Positions 51,493-59,881 of a stretch of 64,000 nt of DNA are shown here, in pieces. The position numbers and the translations under genes were made by a program. The first letter of the stretch is position 1, and each line of letters begins with the position of its first letter. Source of the DNA: Planctomycetota bacterium. GTDB taxonomy: Bacteria > Planctomycetota > SZUA-567 > H5-PLA8. The notes below the pieces were generated by a model. That model did no database searches and was not told the origin of the DNA. It worked only from the letters and a program-made list of their open reading frames with translations. The stretch spans positions 1 through 64,000 of the forward strand of contig JBBRPR010000046.1 in assembly GCA_038227875.1 (NCBI GenBank). The letters are read 5' to 3'.

Positions 51493-53346
51493 TCAATGAA
51501 TCGTCACAAACTCCGCGCAGTTCACCAGCACCCAGAGTAAGTCATCGGCACTACCCTTCAGTTCCACCACGTCCTCCCGCTCCCGCGGAGTTGGTGGGCG
51601 GCAGAGCGTGGCGGCGAAAAGCGTCTCAATCGGCCGGCCTCCACCTCCGCCGCGCAACATCCGTTGGATCACCGGCGCGTGCATCATCAACAGGGCCAGC
51701 CGCACCGTGCCCTGGAATTCCACTGACGCGACACCCGGCTGGCCTTCGCCTTCGGAATGAAATTGCTGCAGCAGCGTGTAGAATTCCGCGACGTCGGAAT
51801 TCCCTCGGCGCAGATTGTACGCCTCGGAATGCCGCAGCCCTTCCAGAAACGTCTTGGCCTTCGTCCCGTCGTTGGCCGCTTTCAGCACCGCGCAGAAGAC
51901 CATCTCCGGCGTCATCGGCCGCACGTCGGCGCGGGCGGCGTAGCGTACCGCTGTCAGGCGTTCTCTACCCGTCGGACCATAGCTGCTGCGCTGATAGGCA
52001 CGGGTGTTGGCGACGATGGCGATCAAGCGGCGCAGATCGCGGCCGGAGTTTCGGAAGTCTTCCGTTAGAATCTGCAACGCCTCCGGATGGGTCGGCGGAT
52101 TTTTTTCACGCAGGTCGTCGACAGGTTCGACGAATCCGTGCCCCAGCATCGCCTGCCAAATGCGATTGACCGCGACGCGGTCAAAGTTCTCGTTGCGCTC
52201 GCCGGTGATCCATTCCGCCAGTTCCTTGCGGTACTTCTGTCCTTGAGACTCCACCTTGTACTTCGGAACCGATGACGGAAAGCCGGAATAGTTGCGCTGG
52301 CCTTGCTGCGGCGCAGGTGGCTTGTCCTTCTTTTCGGGTACGGCGGAGCGCGCCATGCCAGGCAGCGCAGGATCCAGAATCAGCGACGAATCCGGCGGAT
52401 CGAACGTCCCGGACGTGATGCGGTTGTCATTATCGAGCAGGCTGATTTCGCTGCCGGAGGTATACGAAAAGAACGCCACGACTTTCCAGAAGTCTTCCTG
52501 CGTCCACTTATCGAACGGATGATCGTGGCACTGCGCGCAGCCCATGCGCATGCCCAGGAAGGTGCGCGTGACATGGCCGACAGTTTCCGGCAGCCCTTTT
52601 GTCTCCAGATGACGGCCGAGATACACGATGGCCGGGGAGTGCGGGAGCTGGGCCGCTTGCGGCGACATGTACGCGTTGCCAAAGTACGGGAGCTCGCCAT
52701 AGGACGTGAGCAGTTGTTCAACCCAGACGTCGTAAGGCGTGTTGTACCTGATATGTTCGTGAAGCCACTGGCGAAAACGGCTGGAGGAGTCGTTCGAGAC
52801 AAACTCGCGCTCGCCACCCAGCAGTGTCGCCATCCAGAACGACGCCCAACGTTCGGCGTAGTCGGGCGACTTGACCAAATCGTCAATTTTTCTGCTGCGC
52901 CGGAATTCCGGCGGACAGTTCATGAAATACTTGATCTCCTGGACCGAAGGCAGTTGGCCGGTCAGGTCGATCGAAACACGGCGCAGGAACGTGGCGTCGT
53001 CGCAGAGTTCCTCTGGAGTGATATGCAGCAAATCGAGGTTGTGCTCGATTGCGCCATCGACATCAGCGGCAACATCGGCGATGGACTTCAGCGGCGACTT
53101 CGCATCCTTCGGCGGCAGCCGCGGCGCCACCAGCTTGATCTCGATCGACTCGTCGTCATCGTCTTTGGCGCCCGAGCGCGCCGGCTTGGGAGCAACGGCT
53201 CCATCCATCGATGGCGACTTCTCCAAATCCGGATCGGGTCGCGGCCCGATCGTTGCATCGCCCTCCGCATCCGATTCCGCAAACGCGTAACCGCCGGAGA
53301 CGAGAGCGAGGAGGAGCGCTGCCACGATACGAAGTCGGAGATTCAC
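51493..53346 (-). CDS. DUF1549/DUF1553 (PSD1) planctomycete protein with CxxCH
   Basis: DDATFLRRVSIDLTG, FLGMRMGCAQCHDHPF, VNRIW...GHGFVEPVDD...NPPTHPE; GTG start with signal peptide. Confidence 0.9.
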   Translation of the reverse strand: MNLRLRIVAALLLALVSGGYAFAESDAEGDATIGPRPDPDLEKSPSMDGAVAPKPARSGAKDDDDESIEIKLVAPRLPPKDAKSPLKSIADVAADVDGAIEHNLDLLHITPEELCDDATFLRRVSIDLTGQLPSVQEIKYFMNCPPEFRRSRKIDDLVKSPDYAERWASFWMATLLGGEREFVSNDSSSRFRQWLHEHIRYNTPYDVWVEQLLTSYGELPYFGNAYMSPQAAQLPHSPAIVYLGRHLETKGLPETVGHVTRTFLGMRMGCAQCHDHPFDKWTQEDFWKVVAFFSYTSGSEISLLDNDNRITSGTFDPPDSSLILDPALPGMARSAVPEKKDKPPAPQQGQRNYSGFPSSVPKYKVESQGQKYRKELAEWITGERNENFDRVAVNRIWQAMLGHGFVEPVDDLREKNPPTHPEALQILTEDFRNSGRDLRRLIAIVANTRAYQRSSYGPTGRERLTAVRYAARADVRPMTPEMVFCAVLKAANDGTKAKTFLEGLRHSEAYNLRRGNSDVAEFYTLLQQFHSEGEGQPGVASVEFQGTVRLALLMMHAPVIQRMLRGGGGGRPIETLFAATLCRPPTPREREDVVELKGSADDLLWVLVNCAEFVTIH

Positions 53347-53485
53347 GGGTGGTTCCCTGGCACGTCCTGCAAGAGTCGTACGTCGCGTCCATTCGACGGA
53401 GCAGAGGTGCCAGGTGCAGCATGAAAAGTGGTGAGAAATTAAAGGACGAGAGATCGCCCGCACGAACCCGCTGGTTTTCACAAAT

Positions 53486-53582
53486 ATGCCCCAACGGGGC
53501 ATCGGCTACAAAGCCCAAAGTTGCGCCGGAGGCGCTACCCTGGGTATAGTCGCGCTCCAGGTAGGCAACCCTGTAAGGGTTG
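53486..53582. repeat. REP/BIME-like palindromic element
   Basis: ATGCCCC-AAC-GGGGCAT, an imperfect central hairpin and CAACCCT-GTA-AGGGTTG. Confidence 0.55.
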
Positions 53583-54101
53583 TGGCAATACTCGCTCTCA
53601 GGAATATTCAAATTGGACCAGCACCTCGCCATTGCAGCAGAATTACAGCGAATGATATCCGACGCATGGCGGAACGTCCCAATGCCCACAGGAAGCGTTG
53701 CTGATTCTGGGTGTCCAGAAGACTCGGACATTCAAAAGAAATTCTCAAACAAGTCGATCGACGAGATCGACCTCGACTCTAAGACCTATAATGAAGAAAT
53801 GCCGCTTATCTATATGACTCCTGAAGCAAAGCTCTACTACATCCAAGCCTACTTTCGCTACGTGCTGGATTCGCAACGCATTCAGAATAATGAAATTCGA
53901 TTTGCCACACCTAACCTTCACTTGATTGACACGCTGGCTGGAAAGAGCGAGCGGAAAATGACGTGTTATTCCGTCGACCAAATGAAGTGCATCCTTGCCT
54001 TCTTGGAATTTGTGCTGCGTTTCCCCGATCTCTTCGGCGAGTCCGATAGAGTTGCACGCATCCAGAAAGGCGTTGCGGCTTGGAAGAAAAAGATTCAGTA
54101 G
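53580..54101 (+). CDS. hypothetical protein (DUF6714-like)
   Basis: LIYMTPEAKLYYIQAYFRYVL...Q..CILAFLEF; AT-richer; start uncertain. Confidence 0.55.
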   Translation: MWQYSLSGIFKLDQHLAIAAELQRMISDAWRNVPMPTGSVADSGCPEDSDIQKKFSNKSIDEIDLDSKTYNEEMPLIYMTPEAKLYYIQAYFRYVLDSQRIQNNEIRFATPNLHLIDTLAGKSERKMTCYSVDQMKCILAFLEFVLRFPDLFGESDRVARIQKGVAAWKKKIQ

Positions 54102-54110
54102 GAAAACAAA

Positions 54111-54140
54111 ACCGGGCATCTCTCTGAGAGAGATGCCCGG
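54111..54140 (-). terminator. intrinsic terminator downstream of groEL
   Basis: CCGGGCATCTCTC-TGA-GAGAGATGCCCGG with an A-run on its left side. Confidence 0.8.
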
Positions 54141-54207
54141 CTCTGCAATACCCTTTGACTTCCCTGCGGTGCCCGGTCCCCGACTCCAGACCCCCGGCCC
54201 CGGCAGT

Positions 54208-55827
54208 TTAGTACTCTTCGCCGCCGCCAGCCGGCGCAGCAGCCTTTTCTTTCTTCAGTTCGGAGATCGCGGCATCGGTCGTCAGCAGCAGCGCGGAGAC
54301 GCTTGCGGCGTTCTGCAGTGCGGACTTGACCACCTTGGCCGGATCGAAGACGCCGTCTTTCACCATGTCGCCGTAGGTTTCGGTCAGGGCGTTGAAGCCG
54401 AAGTTCTTGTCCTTCGCTTCCTTCACCTTGCCCACCACCACCGCGCCTTCGTGACCGGCGTTTTCAGCGATCTGCCGGCAGGGAGCTTCCAGCGCCCGGC
54501 GGATGATTTCCACGCCGATCTGTTCGTCGCCCTTCAGCTTGAGGCTGTTGAGCGATTCGCTGGCGCGCAGCAGGCCGACACCACCGCCGGGGAGGATGCC
54601 CTCTTCGACGGCCGCGCGAGCGGCGTGCAACGCGTCTTCGACGCGCATCTTCCGTTCCTTCATTTCCGTTTCCGTCGCGGCACCGACGCGGATCTGCGCC
54701 ACTCCGCCAGCCAGCTTGGCCAGGCGTTCCTGGAGCTTTTCCTTGTCGTAGTCGCTGGTGGTCGCGTTGATTTCGTTCTTGATCTGCGTGATGCGGGCCT
54801 GGATGTCGCCCGACGATCCCGCGCCTTCGATCAAGGTCGTGTTTTCCTTGTCGATCTCGACTTTCTTCACGCGGCCGAGGTCTTCCATGGTCACCGATTC
54901 CAGACCGATGCCCAGGTCTTCGGTGATCGCCTTGCCGCCGGTCAGCACCGCGATGTCCTGCAACATCGCCTTGCGGCGGTCGCCATAACCGGGGGCCTTG
55001 ACGGCCGCGCACTGCAGCGTGCCGCGGAGCTTGTTGACGACCAACGTGGCCAGCGCTTCGCCTTCAACTTCTTCGGCGACGATCAGCAACGGCTTGCCGG
55101 CCTGCGCGATCTTTTCCAGCAACGGCACGATGTCCTTGACCGTGGAGAGCTTCTTTTCGTAGATGAAGACAAAGGCGTTATCGAGCACCGTCTTCATTTC
55201 GCCGACATTCGTGACGAAGTGGGGCGAGAGGTAGCCGCGGTCGAAGCTCATGCCTTCCACCAGTGCGACTTCCGTCTTCAACGACTTGCCTTCTTCGACC
55301 GTGATGCAGCCGTCCTTGCCGACCTTGTCCATCGCCTGCGCGATCATGTCGCCGATTTCGGAATCGTTGTTGGCGGCAATCGAAGCCACCGCGGCGATTT
55401 CCTTGCGGCCCGTGACCGGCGTCGACGCCTTGGTCAGCGCGTTGACGACGCATTCCACGGCCTTGTCGATGCCGCGCTTGATCGCGGTGGCGCTGGCGCC
55501 GGCCGTGACGTTCTTCAAGCCTTCATCGAAAATTGCTTCAGCCAGCACGACGCTGGTGGTGGTGCCGTCGCCGGCAACGTCGTTGGTCTTGCTGGCAACT
55601 TCCTTCACCAGCTGCGCGCCCATGTTCTCGTATTTGTCTTCCAGCTCGATTTCCTTGGCCACCGTCACGCCGTCGTTGGCGACGGTGGGGGAACCGAAGG
55701 ACTTCTCCAGGATCACGCAGCGGCCTCGCGGTCCGAGCGTGACTTTGACTGCGCGGGCGAGTTTCTTCACGCCCTGCCGCAGCGCTTCACGCGCTTCCTG
55801 ATCGAACGCAATCTTCTTTGCAGCCAT
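54208..55827 (-). CDS. groEL: chaperonin GroEL
   Basis: [43 protein letters not shown]. Confidence 0.98.
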   Translation of the reverse strand: MAAKKIAFDQEAREALRQGVKKLARAVKVTLGPRGRCVILEKSFGSPTVANDGVTVAKEIELEDKYENMGAQLVKEVASKTNDVAGDGTTTSVVLAEAIFDEGLKNVTAGASATAIKRGIDKAVECVVNALTKASTPVTGRKEIAAVASIAANNDSEIGDMIAQAMDKVGKDGCITVEEGKSLKTEVALVEGMSFDRGYLSPHFVTNVGEMKTVLDNAFVFIYEKKLSTVKDIVPLLEKIAQAGKPLLIVAEEVEGEALATLVVNKLRGTLQCAAVKAPGYGDRRKAMLQDIAVLTGGKAITEDLGIGLESVTMEDLGRVKKVEIDKENTTLIEGAGSSGDIQARITQIKNEINATTSDYDKEKLQERLAKLAGGVAQIRVGAATETEMKERKMRVEDALHAARAAVEEGILPGGGVGLLRASESLNSLKLKGDEQIGVEIIRRALEAPCRQIAENAGHEGAVVVGKVKEAKDKNFGFNALTETYGDMVKDGVFDPAKVVKSALQNAASVSALLLTTDAAISELKKEKAAAPAGGGEEY

Positions 55828-55882
55828 CGTTCTTTAAACCTCCCAAAAGTTTTAACTCAATCGCTTTGTCGCAGGACACTGC

Positions 55883-56179
55883 TTAGGACTTGACCACGGC
55901 CAGCACGTCTTCTTCGGGCATCAACAGGAATTCTTCGCCGTCGATTTTCACTTCCGTTCCGGCATAGGATGCAAACAGGACGCGGTCGCCCTTCTTGACC
56001 TGGAAACCGCCGCGGGAGCCGTCTTCCAAAAGCTTCCCGGAACCCAGCGCAATGATCTTGCCTTCCTTGGGCTTTTCCTTGGCCGTATCCGGCAGGACGA
56101 TGCCGCCAGCCGTCTTTTCTTCGGCCTGAAGGCGCCGGACCAGAATCTTGTCGCCCAACGGTGTGACGTTCGTGGACAT
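55883..56179 (-). CDS. groES: co-chaperonin GroES
   Basis: PLGDKILV...[18 protein letters not shown]...YAGTEVK. Confidence 0.98.
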   Translation of the reverse strand: MSTNVTPLGDKILVRRLQAEEKTAGGIVLPDTAKEKPKEGKIIALGSGKLLEDGSRGGFQVKKGDRVLFASYAGTEVKIDGEEFLLMPEEDVLAVVKS

Positions 56180-56242
56180 AACGAAAGTTCTCCTTAAAGA
56201 ACGTGGTTCTGTGAATGACCCCTGACGAAGCGCACAGAAAAG

Positions 56243-56258
56243 AGCAACCCATGGGCCA
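56243..56258 (-). promoter_or_regulatory. candidate sigma-54 promoter of groESL
   Basis: minus strand TGGCCCATGGGTTGCT vs consensus TGGCAC-N5-TTGCW (one mismatch). Confidence 0.6.
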
Positions 56259-56463
56259 GCCCTGTCGATTCAGACTAAGTCATTGTATGGAAGAGTCTTA
56301 GATGATCCAGCTCAGCCCTTCCCAGCTACGGATCGAGTCATACTGACCCGCTCATTTCCCATACCTTCCGCCCTGACGGGTCAATATAATGGGGGCGAAA
56401 TACCTGCGTTATGGGCGTTCAAAGGGTATTCTATGGTTAGAGCAGTCCTCGGGAGGGTCTATA

Positions 56464-56826
56464 ATGGAAATGCCCCATGTAAAGTTGAGTGAAGAAACCA
56501 TTGGCTTCTGTCATAAACACAAGCGCGAAGACGCACCTTTGTTCGTTCATTTGTACGTCGAACACGACGAGAGCGTCACCGTGGAAGACCCCGAAACGGA
56601 GTGGCCCGCGGTCATCGGACTGCGCTTCGCCACGGATACCGCGTCGTGGAGCCAGCAGCTGACGCAGTACCTGGTCAAACACGAAACGCATCAGGAAGAA
56701 GAGCTATCGTTGGAAGAGGAAATTGCGCGCGACGCGATCGTCAACTACGAGAAGCACCGTCACCTTGTCGACGATGCCGTCCGCTTTTTGAATAAGTTGG
56801 GTCTGGCCGCCGTGCGGGCGCCTTAG
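56464..56826 (+). CDS. hypothetical protein
   Basis: GGAGG RBS before ATG 56464. Confidence 0.6.
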   Translation: MEMPHVKLSEETIGFCHKHKREDAPLFVHLYVEHDESVTVEDPETEWPAVIGLRFATDTASWSQQLTQYLVKHETHQEEELSLEEEIARDAIVNYEKHRHLVDDAVRFLNKLGLAAVRAP

Positions 56827-57632
56827 CGCGTCGCCACTTCTGCGGGGCGGTCCTTCTTCGCGATCTCCGCCAGACCCGGCCATTCCAGCCACGGATCGAG
56901 AATCGCTTCGCGGCGTTCGGCGCCAGTCTCAGGTCCTTTCGGACGGTCGTTGGGCGTGAGGCGGAAGAACACCGCGTAACGGACGTGCGGCGAAAGATTG
57001 ACCGCGGCCGTATGCGCCAACAGGTAGTGCGCGAAGACCACGTCGCCGGCCTGGCCCGTCACGTGATGAGCTTCGGGCATCTCGATCTTCGGCAGACCGC
57101 CGTCGGTCAGCGCTTCGGGACCATGTTCGCGGAGGTACTTCGCGAACGCATGATGCGTTCCCGGCCAGACGGTGAAATTGCCGCAGTACTGTTCCGGCAC
57201 GTCGCTGAGCAGCACGCAGGCGATCATGGCGAAATTGAGGACGCGGCCTTTCGGCACGCCGTTATGTTCCGACCAGGTGCCGTCGATGTGCGGCGCGAGA
57301 TTCGGGCGCGCAGTCTTTGCATACGACGGAAAGCGCAGCGCGATTTGCGCGCCACCGGAGCGGTTGATCTTGCCTGCGCCGAGAAGCGATTCAGCCAGCG
57401 AAAACGCGGGCGTCGCGTTGAGCAGATCGGTGATCACCGGCAGGCGTTGAATTTCAGGGCAGTACGATTGAGAGCGGACTTTGTGAATGTCTTCCAGCGG
57501 AATGCCGTTGCCGATCGAATGGTTCATGGCCTTCAGCGCGTCGTTGACCATGATGCGGGGCACGACGCCGGGAATCTTGACGAATCCCCGTTCGTAAATT
57601 TCAGTCTTCTGTGCGACGGATAGTTCCATCAT
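56823..57632 (-). CDS. PhyH-family 2OG-Fe(II) dioxygenase
   Basis: YERGFVKIPGVV, HID, GNFTVWPGTH, AGDVVFAHYLLAH...N...RYAVFFR. Confidence 0.85.
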   Translation of the reverse strand: MMELSVAQKTEIYERGFVKIPGVVPRIMVNDALKAMNHSIGNGIPLEDIHKVRSQSYCPEIQRLPVITDLLNATPAFSLAESLLGAGKINRSGGAQIALRFPSYAKTARPNLAPHIDGTWSEHNGVPKGRVLNFAMIACVLLSDVPEQYCGNFTVWPGTHHAFAKYLREHGPEALTDGGLPKIEMPEAHHVTGQAGDVVFAHYLLAHTAAVNLSPHVRYAVFFRLTPNDRPKGPETGAERREAILDPWLEWPGLAEIAKKDRPAEVATR

Positions 57633-57930
57633 CCGCGTCCTCCAGGGCCTTTAAGGTAACTGCACTCCTTTCAATTAACGACGCCGCACAAAGTGAGTCA
57701 ACGATTTGGCATTGTTTTCCGAGAGGAAAACTTCCACCCCCTTTGGAACGTAGGATGGAACAGTGCAACTCGCCTGGAAAGCGTCGGAAAACTTCGAATC
57801 GAAGGTGAAGAGCGCTGCTGATTCTTGACCTTCCGGAAAATTTTCCGGAAGTTACCTCACCGACTGCCAAACATATGTCCCGCCCTTGGAACAGCGTGCT
57901 CGTCCCATCAGCCGCATGAGGAAATAAAAA

Positions 57931-57956
57931 GGACTCAGGCCACGTGGCCTGAGTCC
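57931..57956 (-). terminator. intrinsic terminator of the VWA operon
   Basis: GGACTCAGGCC-ACGT-GGCCTGAGTCC with an A-run on its left side. Confidence 0.8.
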
Positions 57957-57985
57957 CCTGGGGCCTGAATGTTGTTCACCACCAG

Positions 57986-59749
57986 CTATTTCTTCATATC
58001 CTGCTTTATCCCATCCAGCAGCGCGCGCATCTTCGCCTTCAATTCATCCTGCGAATTTTTCTGCGCGTCGATCTGCTTGTAGATCGCTTCAATATTCGCC
58101 TGCATTTCGAGTGCCTTTTCTTCCTTGGAAATCACCGAGAGCTTGATGTCCTGCGTGCGCGGATACGCCTTGACCATGCCGTCCCGGGTTTCGGCCTTTT
58201 CGCGCGGTTCGCCACCTTCGTCGGCGGGGCGATCCTTGACCCAGTCGTTGGCTTCACAATCGTCGTCGGCTTCGAGCCAGATGATCAGCTGGTCGCCAAC
58301 CTTGAGCGACAGCGAGCCGAGGTTGTCCCAGATGAACTTGGCGTGTTCGATATTCTTCCCCTGCGGGAAATTGGGGATCTCATAGCGCTTGACGTCCCCG
58401 CCCTTCTTGCTGTCCTTCTGATCTTCCGCCGAAATGACGCGGTACGCGATCCAGACCGTGCGCACGTTGAAGTCGTCACGCGCACTGAAGACCAGCACCG
58501 GCTTGCTCGCGGTTGTGATCGTCATGTCCTTCGACGGCTTTTCAAGATGGATCGACGGCGGGTAATCGGGCTTGGCTTCGATCGGGTACTCCACCGCCGG
58601 ATCGCTGTTTTTCAAGCCGTCCGTGTCGGTCAGGTTGATGTGAAACGTGCAGCTTTTGTCGATCGCCATCTTCGCGCAGGTCCAGACCAGGCCCTCGGCG
58701 TCCTTCTTTTCCAGCGCGACGCTCTTGCCATCGGAGCGGTCCAACGACGCCTGGCGCAGCGCCTTGGTGCTGGTCAGCGTCACATCAGTGGTTGAACCGG
58801 TCAGCACCGTGACCGAGCCGAACTTGTCGCCGGGCGGGTCGGGCAGCTTGGTGTACGCGGGTAGATGATGCTGCATCGAGCTTTTATTGACGTCGACTTC
58901 CGGCCGCGCGATGACGCGCACGCGCTTGGCGTTTTCCTTGGCATCGCCGAGGAAAACCACCGCGTCCACATCTTCAAGCACCTTCGACAGTGTCGCGGTG
59001 TAGGTGGCGCCGCCGGCGGGATTCAGGTCGACGGAGATCGAATTCTTTCCCGGCGGCGTGAACTGAACATGGCCGCTGTCCTTGGGGATTACGCTGTTTT
59101 CGTCCAGCGTGACCTGGATGGTGAAATCATCGCCGCGTGCCACGAACGGCGGCGTCTTGATCTCGCGGATGCGCGTGCTCGTCGGGAAGTGCGCATCGGA
59201 ACTGACCAGCCGCTTGCCCATCGCCGCAACGTAATCGGAATTCTTGTAGGCAAGGGCGGCATTGATCAACACCACCACAACGGCGGCGATGACGATCTTG
59301 ACCATCAGGTCCTTATTGATGATCTTGAAGAAGTCCATCGGCCGCGACATATCGCCGGTTTCAGTTTCGAGCGCCTGGATGAGTTCCGTCGATCCGACGT
59401 ACTCGCCGCGCTTGCCCGCGCGCGCCAGCTGCAGCGTGGAAATCAGGCGGCCGCGCAGTTCCGGATTGCGCGCCTCCAGTCGCAGCGCGACCGTGTCGTC
59501 GTCCATCTCCTTGCGCATTTCTTTGATCAGAAACCGGTTGACGCAATATCCCACTGCTGAAATTGCCGCCGTCGCAAAGACCAGCCGCGCCGCGTAGGGC
59601 AGGTCGCAGATCCAATCCAGCAGGAAGTACGCGACCAGCGCACCGATCAGCACCAGCACGCTGCGGCAAACGCCCACGAAAACGACGACGCTCTTCTCTT
59701 TGCGTCGCACAGCGTCGATGCGATAAGTCAAATCTGAGAGTGTTGACAT
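57986..59749 (-). CDS. DUF4175-like membrane protein of the BatA/VWA cluster
   Basis: TM helices, ALRLEARNPELRGRLISTLQL, D.PP.I, ARDDF.V. Confidence 0.7.
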   Translation of the reverse strand: MSTLSDLTYRIDAVRRKEKSVVVFVGVCRSVLVLIGALVAYFLLDWICDLPYAARLVFATAAISAVGYCVNRFLIKEMRKEMDDDTVALRLEARNPELRGRLISTLQLARAGKRGEYVGSTELIQALETETGDMSRPMDFFKIINKDLMVKIVIAAVVVVLINAALAYKNSDYVAAMGKRLVSSDAHFPTSTRIREIKTPPFVARGDDFTIQVTLDENSVIPKDSGHVQFTPPGKNSISVDLNPAGGATYTATLSKVLEDVDAVVFLGDAKENAKRVRVIARPEVDVNKSSMQHHLPAYTKLPDPPGDKFGSVTVLTGSTTDVTLTSTKALRQASLDRSDGKSVALEKKDAEGLVWTCAKMAIDKSCTFHINLTDTDGLKNSDPAVEYPIEAKPDYPPSIHLEKPSKDMTITTASKPVLVFSARDDFNVRTVWIAYRVISAEDQKDSKKGGDVKRYEIPNFPQGKNIEHAKFIWDNLGSLSLKVGDQLIIWLEADDDCEANDWVKDRPADEGGEPREKAETRDGMVKAYPRTQDIKLSVISKEEKALEMQANIEAIYKQIDAQKNSQDELKAKMRALLDGIKQDMKK

Positions 59750-59765
59750 GGCATTGTCCTTCTGA

Positions 59766-59878
59766 CAGTTTTGAGTTTTGAGTTCTCAGTTTTTAGTTAC
59801 TGCTAAAAACTTTAACTCATTCGCCCAAAACTCACTTCACTTCCACCTGCGCAACTAAAAACTCAAAACTGAAAACTG
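59766..59878. repeat. inverted arrays of 7-bp repeats (AAAACTN)
   Basis: CAGTTTTGAGTTTTGAGTTCTCAGTTTTTAGTT ... AACTAAAAACTCAAAACTGAAAACTG. Confidence 0.7.
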
Positions 59879-59881
59879 CTC

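Noticed and set aside
53358..53412. TGGCAC motifs near the DUF1549 gene start as sigma-54 promoters
   Set aside because: GG-to-GC spacing is not 10 nt
53995..55893. 632-aa plus-strand ORF
   Set aside because: Antisense shadow of groEL
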